Shown: one piece after another, positions 15,992-23,133 of the stretch | Position numbering within the stretch: the first letter of the stretch is position 1 | How the letters are laid out: each line of letters starts with the position of its first letter | Origin: Candidatus Saccharimonadota bacterium | GTDB lineage: Bacteria; Patescibacteriota; Patescibacteriia; 2-12-FULL-60-25 | Assembly (NCBI GenBank): GCA_022843095.1 | Contig: JALHOH010000002.1 | Coordinates: 180,001 to 212,000 of the forward strand | Reading direction: 5' to 3' | Length of the DNA: 32,000 bases | Position numbers and translations under genes: made by a program | Notes under the pieces: generated by a model | The model's input: only the letters and a program-made list of their open reading frames with translations | What the model was told of the DNA's origin: nothing | Databases searched by the model: none

Positions 15992-17578
15992 ATGTTTTCC
16001 ATTCGCCGATTCCGTCCCTACCTTGGGACGTTTGTCGTGGTTATCCTTGGCGTCTCGTTGACCATTGGATTCAGCTATAAAAATTACCAAAACAACGTCA
16101 CGTTGCTCCGCCAATACACGCAACGCACCCTCGAGCGTATTTCCAAACACCTCCTTTCGGAAACCGAACTACGCACCGTCGCACTCCATGCTGTGGAAGG
16201 GTATGTCTTATCCAATGAAGGCGTCGTCTCGAGCACATCGTTTACCACATTCGCAGGATCCCTCTCTCCGCTCGTCCCGGGAAACCAAGCCATCCAATGG
16301 GTGGATGACGCACACGTCGTACGGTACGTCTATCCCCTGAACGAACAAAATATCAAAGTGGTTAACTTTGATAATAAACCGTACCCCAATCGCCTGGAAC
16401 CCATCATGCGCGCGCTTGAGGAACGACGCACCATCGCCACAGAACCCCTCCAACTCATTCAGGGATTTCCGGGGATTATCTATTTTCATCCCATTTTTCA
16501 GAACAATCGACACATTGGCACCTCGGTCGTCGTTCAACGACTTTCCACCCTATTTCGCGATATCGGCGCACAAGTGAATCGGACAAACTTCAACGTCATC
16601 ATTCGTACGGCGTCAAAGCGAATTAGTGATGATGGACGCATCCTTTATACACAAGACGGTCTTCGCATCATTAATCCACAGGGAGAGACGGTCGATGAAT
16701 CCGTTCAAGCTCCCCCCAAAAACCAATTCAGCCTTTCGGAAACAATTGAGATTGGTGGCATGGCTTGGCACATTGATGTCATCCCAACGGATGTCCTGAT
16801 CGCTCGGCAATTCAGTGAAACGGCACTCCTTGCAACCATAGGCGTCCTGGTCTTCTTCCTTATCATCATCTATCAAATCCAATTGAAACGCATTACGCTG
16901 CGGGAACGTGATTTCGTGTCACTTGTCGCCCACCAATTACGTGCCCCAGCCACGCAAATGTCCTGGCTGTTGGAAACCTTTGAAGAAAAAGTGAAGCGTC
17001 CTTCCAAGGCGCAAGCAGACCTCCTCACAGATCTAAAAGCGATCAGTGTAAGCAATAGACATTTGATCGATGACATTCTCAATGTCAGCCGTCTTGAGCG
17101 AGGCGTCTTACGTGCAGATGCGACAGAAATCCCTCTCGCTGAATTAGTCATTGAAGCCGAACGTCCACTCGCTTCCGAAATGATGCTCCAGAAAATAAAA
17201 TATCGACGTGATCCTAAAATCCGCGCTTTTATCATGGCAGATCGCCAAAAAGGGGTTGAGGTGATTCGCAATGTCCTGCACAACGCCATCGTGCACACAC
17301 GACCTGGCACCACCATCACCGTGACCGAAATGACCGCGTATCGTCGTAACCAAGTAACGCTCGCCATCAAAGATAACGGCCCCGGGATCCCCACGGAGAT
17401 TCGACCTCAGCTCTTCACCCGGATCCATAAGCGCTCCTCCACCGGAAGCCGTGAAGACGGCACCGGACTTGGGTTGTATCTCGCCAAAGAATTCATGACC
17501 CTCATGCATGGCGATATTTCGGTTGAGACCGGAAAAAATGGAACGACCTTCTATATCTCGTTCCCAAAGCGATCGTAA
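15992..17578 (+). CDS. Sensor histidine kinase with an extracytoplasmic (CHASE-like) sensor domain between two TM helices
   Basis: 528 aa. TM1 is LGTFVVVILGVSLTIGF. An external domain of about 240 aa follows. TM2 is LLATIGVLVFFLIIIYQI. The HisKA H-box is FVSLVAHQLRAPATQ. The HATPase motifs are NVLHNAIVHT, IKDNGPGIP and GTGLGLYLAKEFM. Confidence 0.88.
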   Translation: MFSIRRFRPYLGTFVVVILGVSLTIGFSYKNYQNNVTLLRQYTQRTLERISKHLLSETELRTVALHAVEGYVLSNEGVVSSTSFTTFAGSLSPLVPGNQAIQWVDDAHVVRYVYPLNEQNIKVVNFDNKPYPNRLEPIMRALEERRTIATEPLQLIQGFPGIIYFHPIFQNNRHIGTSVVVQRLSTLFRDIGAQVNRTNFNVIIRTASKRISDDGRILYTQDGLRIINPQGETVDESVQAPPKNQFSLSETIEIGGMAWHIDVIPTDVLIARQFSETALLATIGVLVFFLIIIYQIQLKRITLRERDFVSLVAHQLRAPATQMSWLLETFEEKVKRPSKAQADLLTDLKAISVSNRHLIDDILNVSRLERGVLRADATEIPLAELVIEAERPLASEMMLQKIKYRRDPKIRAFIMADRQKGVEVIRNVLHNAIVHTRPGTTITVTEMTAYRRNQVTLAIKDNGPGIPTEIRPQLFTRIHKRSSTGSREDGTGLGLYLAKEFMTLMHGDISVETGKNGTTFYISFPKRS

Positions 17579-17581
17579 TGT

Positions 17582-18037
17582 ATGGAACCTTCCTTCATCG
17601 GACTTCTCTTGCTTCTTGCAGGCTTTATCATCGGACTTGGTGCCGTCACCGTCATTGATATTCATGGCGCACTCGGACAACGCTCCGCCTATTGGACAGA
17701 AGCCACGATTCGCACGCATAAAGTCACAAAACCGCTTATTTGGATCGGGATCGCGCTCGCGTCCCTGGGCGGGGCCATCTTCTACCAAGGGCGTTTTAGC
17801 ACATCCATTCCACGTCTCCTCGGCGTGATCGCAGTCCTCCTGGTTGTAAATGGGTTCTTTTTGTCGGGACGTGTGAGCCCGTTCTTGCTGCAACGCGAAC
17901 GAGAAGGTCGCGCCACAGAACCTCTCCCTCCTGCATGGCAACGCTCCATTCTTGCGAGTCTACTGGTCTCCGACGTAGGGTGGTGGAGCGCATTGGTGTT
18001 GGTCGTGTGGGATCTTTCCGCGCACCTCCGATTCTAA
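17582..18037 (+). CDS. Hypothetical polytopic membrane protein (about 4 TM helices)
   Basis: The ATG lies 3 nt after the kinase stop. There are four hydrophobic segments, for example FIGLLLLLAGFIIGLGAVTVI and LLGVIAVLLVVNGFFL. I recognise no motif. Confidence 0.65.
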   Translation: MEPSFIGLLLLLAGFIIGLGAVTVIDIHGALGQRSAYWTEATIRTHKVTKPLIWIGIALASLGGAIFYQGRFSTSIPRLLGVIAVLLVVNGFFLSGRVSPFLLQREREGRATEPLPPAWQRSILASLLVSDVGWWSALVLVVWDLSAHLRF

Positions 18038-18049
18038 CCCCGCCATTTC

Positions 18050-18451
18050 ATGCACACACCCATTCCCCCAGAACAAGGACCTACCACTGGGCAGGCTTTT
18101 TTTCTGTATTTCTTTCAGTTCTTTTCGGTCTTCGTTTTTCTCATCTTTCTTCCCACCGCGTTAACGGTGGATGGAACGATCGTGATGCCTGCGGATTACC
18201 TTCGTGGCTTTTCCGCAATCCTCCTTATGGGAGGTGGGGCGCTCGGGGCCGGAAGTGCGCTTTCTCGCCTCATTTCCCCATCCATTCCTGTCACTTGGTA
18301 CGGTGGCGCGGAAGTCGCTCCGTATAGCACGGGGCGAGATATCCACTGGTCCGAACGCATCCATCGTCGCTATTCCCGGACACGCTGGGCATTCATCTTC
18401 GCAGGCTGTGCGCTTCTGTATCTCGCGGGACTTTCTTTGCTTATTCCATAG
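18050..18451 (+). CDS. Hypothetical membrane protein (about 3 TM helices)
   Basis: 133 aa. Hydrophobic segments include FFLYFFQFFSVFVFLIFLP, FSAILLMGGGALGAGSAL and WAFIFAGCALLYLAGLSLLI. It follows the previous gene by 12 nt. Confidence 0.6.
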   Translation: MHTPIPPEQGPTTGQAFFLYFFQFFSVFVFLIFLPTALTVDGTIVMPADYLRGFSAILLMGGGALGAGSALSRLISPSIPVTWYGGAEVAPYSTGRDIHWSERIHRRYSRTRWAFIFAGCALLYLAGLSLLIP

Positions 18452-18512
18452 GAGGAAAAACCAAAGTAACTTCGGATTTCTTCAACGGTCCTCTTTTTTT
18501 CACACGCACGAT

Positions 18513-18534
18513 AAAACCGGCTTGCGCCGGTTTT
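18513..18534. terminator. Bidirectional intrinsic terminator (serves the + operon ending at 18451 and the - strand tRNA-Arg transcript)
   Basis: aaaaccggc-ttgc-gccggtttt forms a 5-bp GC stem extended by A/U pairs, with an A-run on one side and a T-run on the other. Confidence 0.6.
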
Positions 18535-18539
18535 ATGCA

Positions 18540-18616
18540 TGGTGCACCCGAGACGATTCGAACGTCTGGCCTCTTCCTCCGCAGGGAAGCGCTCTATCCA
18601 GCTGAGCTACGGGTGC
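18540..18616 (-). tRNA. tRNA-Arg, anticodon GCG, with encoded CCA
   Basis: The reverse complement is GCACCCG TA GCTC AGCTGGATA GAGC G CTTCC CTGCGGA GGAAG AGGCC AGACG TTCGAAT CGTCT CGGGTGC A CCA. This gives a perfect cloverleaf, an anticodon loop C-T-GCG-G-A, and acceptor and D arms close to E. coli tRNA-Arg, including A20. Confidence 0.9.
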
Positions 18617-18625
18617 ATGCGTCCT

Positions 18626-19135
18626 TTATATCCTCAACAGCCGCGCAAATATATCAGAGACATGCTCCCCCTGCAAGTCCAGGTTTTCCGGGAGATATTG
18701 GCGTAGATGTGTACGAATCGCGACTGGATCCTCGTCCTCTAATGGAATCCGCAACCGCGGCCGAACCGTGCTTCCGTGCTCTACATACAACACCTTGGAA
18801 TACGGCGGCTGATACACAATGGCAAACTCGCGTAATTCCTGGAAGGGATAAAAGACGCCGCCCACCACGATCCCCTGATCCCCGATCTGCACCAGGTGCA
18901 ACGTGGGTTGCTGGATCCCGGCCAAGATCAACAACACCGCAGAAAGCAAGATAAAAAACGCAAACAAAAAGTTTGAGGTGTACACCGCGTATGCCACCAA
19001 AAAGACGGCGACGAGCACCATCACCACATACCATCGTGAACTACGCTGGTACTTTGGAAACGAGGCGATCTCCCACGCAAACGCGTCCTGTGCCACCACG
19101 ATGGCCTCCAAGACTTCGGGAGGATACGAAATCAT
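18626..19135 (-). CDS. Hypothetical protein with two TM helices and a C-terminal soluble domain
   Basis: 169 aa. The TM hairpin is WYVVMVLVAVFLVAYAVY and FLFAFFILLSAVLLILAGI, followed by a ~90-aa domain that looks beta-rich. The stop lies 9 nt upstream of the tRNA-Arg 5' end. Confidence 0.7.
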   Translation of the reverse strand: MISYPPEVLEAIVVAQDAFAWEIASFPKYQRSSRWYVVMVLVAVFLVAYAVYTSNFLFAFFILLSAVLLILAGIQQPTLHLVQIGDQGIVVGGVFYPFQELREFAIVYQPPYSKVLYVEHGSTVRPRLRIPLEDEDPVAIRTHLRQYLPENLDLQGEHVSDIFARLLRI

Positions 19136-19144
19136 ATATCCGGA

Positions 19145-19411
19145 TTATACCACATCCGCAATCGGCGCCCCTTCCGCTTTCAAACGCGTGCGTTTTTCTG
19201 CCACTCCCCGATTGTACTCCCCGATGCCCCCCGTTGCCGGAATCACCCGATGACAAGGGATCGCCGGATCAAAATTCGTCTTTAACGCCGATCCTACCGC
19301 CCGCGCCGCCCCTGGATATCCCGCCTTCGCCGCAACTTCGCCATACGTCATCGTCGACCCGGACGGGATCTGTTTCACCACTGCAAAAACCGCCTGACGA
19401 AACGGTGTCAT
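19145..19411 (-). CDS. MGMT-family protein (methylated-DNA-[protein]-cysteine methyltransferase DNA-binding/active-site domain only)
   Basis: 88 aa. It has the PCHRV active-site motif (AIPCHRVIPATGGIGEY) and a helix-turn-helix stretch (TYGEVAAKAGYPGAARAVG). Confidence 0.85.
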   Translation of the reverse strand: MTPFRQAVFAVVKQIPSGSTMTYGEVAAKAGYPGAARAVGSALKTNFDPAIPCHRVIPATGGIGEYNRGVAEKRTRLKAEGAPIADVV

Positions 19412-19415
19412 AGTA

Positions 19416-19640
19416 TTACGTCAACAACGCATCAAGAGAGACATCAAACGCCTTCGCAAGCGCAATCATCGTCTCGAGGGTTGGATTCGTATTTTTTCCC
19501 AACTCAAGCTTCGTGAGCGTGTGATAGGTAATTCCGGACCGCTCCGCAAGCGTCTCCCGCGTCCATTTTTTTTGAAGTCTCAACGCACCGATCCGATCCG
19601 CAAGGACTTCGGGGTGGTAGTCGACATGGACAGTGGACAT
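19416..19640 (-). CDS. XRE-family helix-turn-helix transcriptional regulator
   Basis: 74 aa. The HTH_3 pattern is LRLQKKWTRETLAERSGITYHTLTKLELGKNTNPTLETMIALAKAFDVSLDALL. Confidence 0.85.
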   Translation of the reverse strand: MSTVHVDYHPEVLADRIGALRLQKKWTRETLAERSGITYHTLTKLELGKNTNPTLETMIALAKAFDVSLDALLT

Positions 19641-19727
19641 AGCGGTAAAACAGGCACTTTGATAGGCTCGAAGGACAGTGATGAGCGTACGTCATCCACA
19701 AACACCTCGCAACGCGACAACTTTTCT

Positions 19728-20051
19728 ATGAGCCAGCTTTTTCTGCAACCCAATCCAACGCTACGCGATTATCAAACATATATCGCGACCATGGTCAAAG
19801 AACGCGGGTTTGACCATGAATCCGTCGCGGAACTTTTTGTTCTCTTCCTGGAAGAATGCGGGGAATTTGCCAAGGCTGTCCGAAAAACCCAGCAAATCAA
19901 AACTGATCCGCTTTCCGACCAGTACCATATTGGACATGAAGCAGCGGATATCTTTATGTATCTCCTGGATATCTGCAACCACTTTGAAATCGATCTGGAA
20001 CGGGCATTTCGAGAAAAGGAAGAGATTAACAAAAAGCGGCAGTGGAAATAA
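19728..20051 (+). CDS. MazG-like nucleotide pyrophosphohydrolase (single-domain)
   Basis: I take the start as the ATG at 19728 (MSQLF...). The ORF-track start at 19521 overlaps the XRE gene on the antisense strand. The motifs FLEECGEFAKAVRK and GHEAADIFMYLLDICNHFEIDLERAFREKEEINKKRQW match the MazG EExE/ExxD helices. Confidence 0.8.
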   Translation: MSQLFLQPNPTLRDYQTYIATMVKERGFDHESVAELFVLFLEECGEFAKAVRKTQQIKTDPLSDQYHIGHEAADIFMYLLDICNHFEIDLERAFREKEEINKKRQWK

Positions 20052-20052
20052 T

Positions 20053-20077
20053 AAAGAACCGGTTGAGCCGGTTCTTT
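20053..20077. terminator. Bidirectional intrinsic terminator between the MazG-like gene and tRNA-Ser(GCT)
   Basis: A perfect 10-bp stem forms between aaagaaccgg (20053-20062) and ccggttcttt (20068-20077) around the loop ttgag, with A/T-rich flanks on both sides. Confidence 0.65.
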
Positions 20078-20081
20078 ATTA

Positions 20082-20173
20082 TGGCGGAGAGGGAGGGATT
20101 CGAACCCTCGCGGGACTCATCATCCCCTAAGAGTTTAGCAAACTCTCCCCTTCAGCCTCTTGGGTACCTCTCC
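20082..20173 (-). tRNA. tRNA-Ser, anticodon GCT (type II, long variable arm), with encoded CCA
   Basis: The reverse complement is GGAGAGG TA CCC AAGAGGCTGAA GGG G AGAGT TTGCTAA ACTCT (long variable arm) GAGGG TTCGAAT CCCTC CCTCTCC G CCA. Confidence 0.9.
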
Positions 20174-20276
20174 ACGCCGGACAAATCCTAGCAATTCAGA
20201 CTCATTCAGACAAGGCACGCCATGCACATGGTTTCCATCGACAACAATCTTGCGATACGATACCCTCGCCCTGCAT

Positions 20277-20366
20277 GGAGAGGTGGCTGAGTGGTCTAAA
20301 GCAACGGACTTGAAATCCGTCGTACGGGAAACCGTACCGTGAGTTCGAATCTCACCCTCTCCGCCA
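20277..20366 (+). tRNA. tRNA-Ser, anticodon TGA (type II), with encoded CCA
   Basis: The sequence is GGAGAGG TG GCTGAGTGGTCTAAAGC A ACGGA CTTGAAA TCCGT (variable arm CGTACGGGAAACCGTACC) GTGAG TTCGAAT CTCAC CCTCTCC G CCA. Confidence 0.9.
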
Positions 20367-20373
20367 TGACAGA

Positions 20374-20395
20374 ACGCCGGCCTATTGGCCGGTGT
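20374..20395 (+). terminator. Hairpin just downstream of tRNA-Ser(TGA), a weak terminator candidate
   Basis: acgccggcc-tatt-ggccggtgt forms a stem with one G-U pair. The downstream T tract is poor (tgttgtcgtc), so this could instead belong to the adjacent structured region. Confidence 0.35.
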
Positions 20396-20643
20396 TGTCG
20401 TCTAAGAGGCGGGAGATTCGAAGGGTGCGCAGAGAAGCCGAGTATACGAAGGTTTCGAGATCTGTGCGATGTCCATCGTGACCAATAATTAGAATAAATC
20501 GAACGATCTGATCCCGTTTCAGCCGAGCCCGAGACCGGTCCAAATCTGGCAACCATTTCCTTGATCGAAAGCCGCACCGTCCCTGCGAACCGCCTAAACG
20601 GGTGATAAAAAGGCCACGGAAAAAAATGGAAAACGGCCCATGG

Positions 20644-20672
20644 ATACGCACCTAAACCATGCGTATTTCTTT
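20644..20672 (+). terminator. Candidate plus-strand intrinsic terminator closing the non-coding region after tRNA-Ser(TGA)
   Basis: Stem atacgca (20644-20650) pairs with tgcgtat (20660-20666) around a 9-nt loop and is followed by ttctttag. Confidence 0.4.
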
Positions 20673-20714
20673 AGTATATGAACAACGAACTTAATCGGTC
20701 GATGCCTTCCAGCA

Positions 20715-20744
20715 CAAAAATGGTCCATGGAGTTCCATGGACCA
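20715..20744 (-). terminator. Rho-independent terminator ending the long minus-strand operon
   Basis: A perfect 10-bp stem forms between tggtccatgg (20721-20730) and ccatggacca (20735-20744) around a 4-nt loop. On the minus strand it is followed by tttttg. It lies 17 nt after the stop of the 20761-21141 gene. Confidence 0.7.
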
Positions 20745-20760
20745 GCGTAGACGACGTTTT

Positions 20761-21141
20761 CTACTCCTCCTCATTTATTAGAAGAGCTTGTTCCCCTTGC
20801 GCTGTCGGTAGATACAATCCTTCAAATCGAAAGTAATATGCCTGTTCGTCATCCGGTAGCTTGGAGACCTTGCGACAGGCTCCATCCTGAAGTACCGCCT
20901 CTTTGTCGGTAAGCCCTGCCGCGAACGTCTCTGCAAGCCCCTGTGCAAACCACTCCTCCAAAATACCCTGCTGGTCTCGCGGCACATTCAAAAATACCAT
21001 GGAAACATCGATATCTGGCACCTGTTGTCCTTCCCGCAGAACGGAACACCCTTCCCCTTTCTTCGCGATGCGAAATACATCGTTGACCCTCAACCCGGAT
21101 TCATGGCATTGCGTTACCAATTGATCCATTTGCGCTTCCAT
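20761..21141 (-). CDS. Hypothetical small acidic cytoplasmic protein
   Basis: 126 aa with no TM helix or signal peptide. A possible SD (aagga) lies about 12 nt upstream of the ATG. It is the last gene before the terminator hairpin. I recognise no motif. Confidence 0.6.
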   Translation of the reverse strand: MEAQMDQLVTQCHESGLRVNDVFRIAKKGEGCSVLREGQQVPDIDVSMVFLNVPRDQQGILEEWFAQGLAETFAAGLTDKEAVLQDGACRKVSKLPDDEQAYYFRFEGLYLPTAQGEQALLINEEE

Positions 21142-21217
21142 CGGAATTCACGATCCTTCTTTTTTGCACCCCCTACAAAAAACTATCTCTCGGTTCATCC
21201 ACAGTCAAAGATGCGTA

Positions 21218-21844
21218 TCACTTCTTGCGTCGCAAAATAATGTAGGCGATCAACCCTGCGATCCCCAATGCGACCACGGCCTTCCCGATCACCTCCAAAA
21301 AATCCATCCCCTCCTGCCACTCTCGTGCACTTTCCGTTCCAACATAGCCGATATACAGATACAACAAACTCCGCACATAACTGCCCACGACCGACGTCCA
21401 AAGATACGTGATCCGTTCAACCTTCACGATCCCCGCCACGATCGACACGACACCTCCCGGAAAAAAAGGCAACGCCCGCGCCACCACCAAAAACGCCTTT
21501 CCGCGCCAATCCTTCTGCATCCGTGATCCCACGCGCTCGATATCCTCATGGACGACGCCCACATATTTCCCATAGCGCGGGACGATCACATCCTCCAACC
21601 GATCGGCGATCCAATACAGCACCCAGGCACCCAACGTCTTCCCAACGGCGCCAACGGCGGCAAGCCAAAACAACACCTCCATCTCCGACCCCGCCGCATG
21701 CGCAATACCCCCTGCGACCGTCAGGACAAATGGCGACGGGATGGGGGCGATCACCTCTTCTAAAATCGAACCAACAAAGATAAACACATCCACCGGCACA
21801 TGCATAGAAAGCGCAGCAAGCGCTCCGAGAATCACATCGATCAT
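21218..21844 (-). CDS. DedA/SNARE-associated family membrane protein
   Basis: I take the start as the ATG at 21844 (MIDVILGALAALS...), 11 nt after the upstream stop. The ORF-track start at 22006 overlaps the cls gene. The polytopic protein has the DedA-type stretch EEVIAPIPSPFVLTVAGG...RALPFFPGGVVSIVAG. Confidence 0.8.
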   Translation of the reverse strand: MIDVILGALAALSMHVPVDVFIFVGSILEEVIAPIPSPFVLTVAGGIAHAAGSEMEVLFWLAAVGAVGKTLGAWVLYWIADRLEDVIVPRYGKYVGVVHEDIERVGSRMQKDWRGKAFLVVARALPFFPGGVVSIVAGIVKVERITYLWTSVVGSYVRSLLYLYIGYVGTESAREWQEGMDFLEVIGKAVVALGIAGLIAYIILRRKK

Positions 21845-21855
21845 AGATCCTTGTT

Positions 21856-23130
21856 CTAGAGTTGCGCTTGAAAAAATGCGCCTACGTAACCGGCAAGTTT
21901 TCTCCCCCAAGGCCTCTGCTTCCACCATTTGTACGTCAATGGTTTTGCTCGTTTCAGGTCCTCGTTGAAGTCCGCGATTTGTCGTGCTGCAAACGCCGGA
22001 TCCCACACGTTCACATTCATTTCATCGTTGATGGCAAACGACCGCTCATTGCAGTTTGCGGATCCCACACTGACCCATGCGTCATCCACGATCAATACCT
22101 TGGCGTGATGCATGGCCGGCTGATATTCAAAGATCGCAATCCCCGCTTGCAACAAACGCTTGTACGAGCGCCGCGCCACTTCACGCAGCACCCACAAATC
22201 CGTCCGATCTCCCGGCACCAAAATCTCCACATGCACGCCACGCTGCTTAGCCTGAATCAGCGCCTTCGTGATGGCAGCATCCGGGATAAAATACGCGTTC
22301 AGCAACCGAATCGAACGAGTCGCGCATCCGATAGAGAGCAAAAACAGCAATCGCATGGACTCGATCCCGTCTCCGGTGCTTGTAACCACCTGTGCCGGAC
22401 TTTCTCCAGCGGGAACGAGTGGCGGAAAATACCGATCCCCTTCCAATACCGCCGCCTGACTTTTTAACCAGTTTTCACAAAACGCCGCCTGAATCCGGGC
22501 AACCACAGGCCCCACGAATCGATACTGACGCTCTGCCCATGGACAAGCTTCATTCACCGGCTCCCGCCATTCATCCGCAATCCCAATGCCACCGGTGTAC
22601 GCGACCTTCCCGTCCACCACCAAAATCTTCCGGTGCGACCGGTTGTTGATACGCGGAAGGGTGTACCAATGTGGCTTCCGGTATTTCGCCACCTTCACTC
22701 CGGCAGCGCGTAACTCTCGTTCATCTTGCAAGGTCAACCCAAAACTTCCGATCCAATCTAACAGCACATGGACGGCGACCCCTTTCTTCGCTCGATCGAT
22801 CATCGCATCCATGAACGCCCGACAAACCTTCCCGGAATGAAAGATGTAACTTTCCAAGCACACGGAATGTTCCGCTGTGCGAATATCTTCAAGCATCGCC
22901 TCAAAAATTTCTGCACCCCCATTGAACGTCTGGATTGCATTGCCTGGAACAAATGGCGCAAGCAACACCCCTTCCATCGTACGAAAAAACGCCGGATCGC
23001 CCACATGAAACGCCGGTCGCATGCGATACCGTCGGATGACGGCGCGTGTTCGGATATTCAAAATCACGAGCAGGATGACCCAGCTCACCAACACGATCAA
23101 TCCAAGCGAAAGGAGGGAAAAAATCCACAT
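21856..23130 (-). CDS. cls: Cardiolipin synthase / phospholipase D-family phosphatidyltransferase
   Basis: 424 aa. An N-terminal TM helix (IFSLLSLGLIVLVSWVILLVIL) is followed by two HKD motifs: HRKILVVDGKVAYTGGIGI and HHAKVLIVDDAWVSVGSANCNERS. Confidence 0.9.
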   Translation of the reverse strand: MWIFSLLSLGLIVLVSWVILLVILNIRTRAVIRRYRMRPAFHVGDPAFFRTMEGVLLAPFVPGNAIQTFNGGAEIFEAMLEDIRTAEHSVCLESYIFHSGKVCRAFMDAMIDRAKKGVAVHVLLDWIGSFGLTLQDERELRAAGVKVAKYRKPHWYTLPRINNRSHRKILVVDGKVAYTGGIGIADEWREPVNEACPWAERQYRFVGPVVARIQAAFCENWLKSQAAVLEGDRYFPPLVPAGESPAQVVTSTGDGIESMRLLFLLSIGCATRSIRLLNAYFIPDAAITKALIQAKQRGVHVEILVPGDRTDLWVLREVARRSYKRLLQAGIAIFEYQPAMHHAKVLIVDDAWVSVGSANCNERSFAINDEMNVNVWDPAFAARQIADFNEDLKRAKPLTYKWWKQRPWGRKLAGYVGAFFQAQL

Positions 23131-23133
23131 AGA

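Noticed and set aside
17144-17941. A 265-aa minus-strand ORF overlapping the kinase and the following membrane protein
   Set aside because: The sense strand has H-box and HATPase motifs, and the antisense product has no recognisable features.
19521-19727. Upstream extension of the MazG-like ORF to 19521
   Set aside because: It runs antisense through the XRE gene, and the added 69 residues are low-complexity. The ATG at 19728 yields a complete MazG-like domain.
20296-20651. Minus-strand ORFs of 93 aa and 89 aa in the tRNA-Ser-proximal gap
   Set aside because: One overlaps the tRNA-Ser(TGA) gene. Both are Arg-rich with no start context. I treat the region as non-coding and as a candidate RNA.
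20396-20720. Possibility that the gap encodes tmRNA, RNase P RNA or SRP RNA
   Set aside because: I found none of the hallmark motifs on either strand: GAGGAAAGUCC or ACAGAA for RNase P, a tRNA-like 3' end with UCCACCA for tmRNA, or the GGAAGCAGCC helix-8 motif for SRP RNA. The identity stays open pending a covariance-model search.
21845-22006. Upstream extension of the DedA ORF to 22006
   Set aside because: It overlaps the cls C-terminus by 150 nt. The ATG at 21844 starts directly with the first TM helix, 11 nt after the cls stop.
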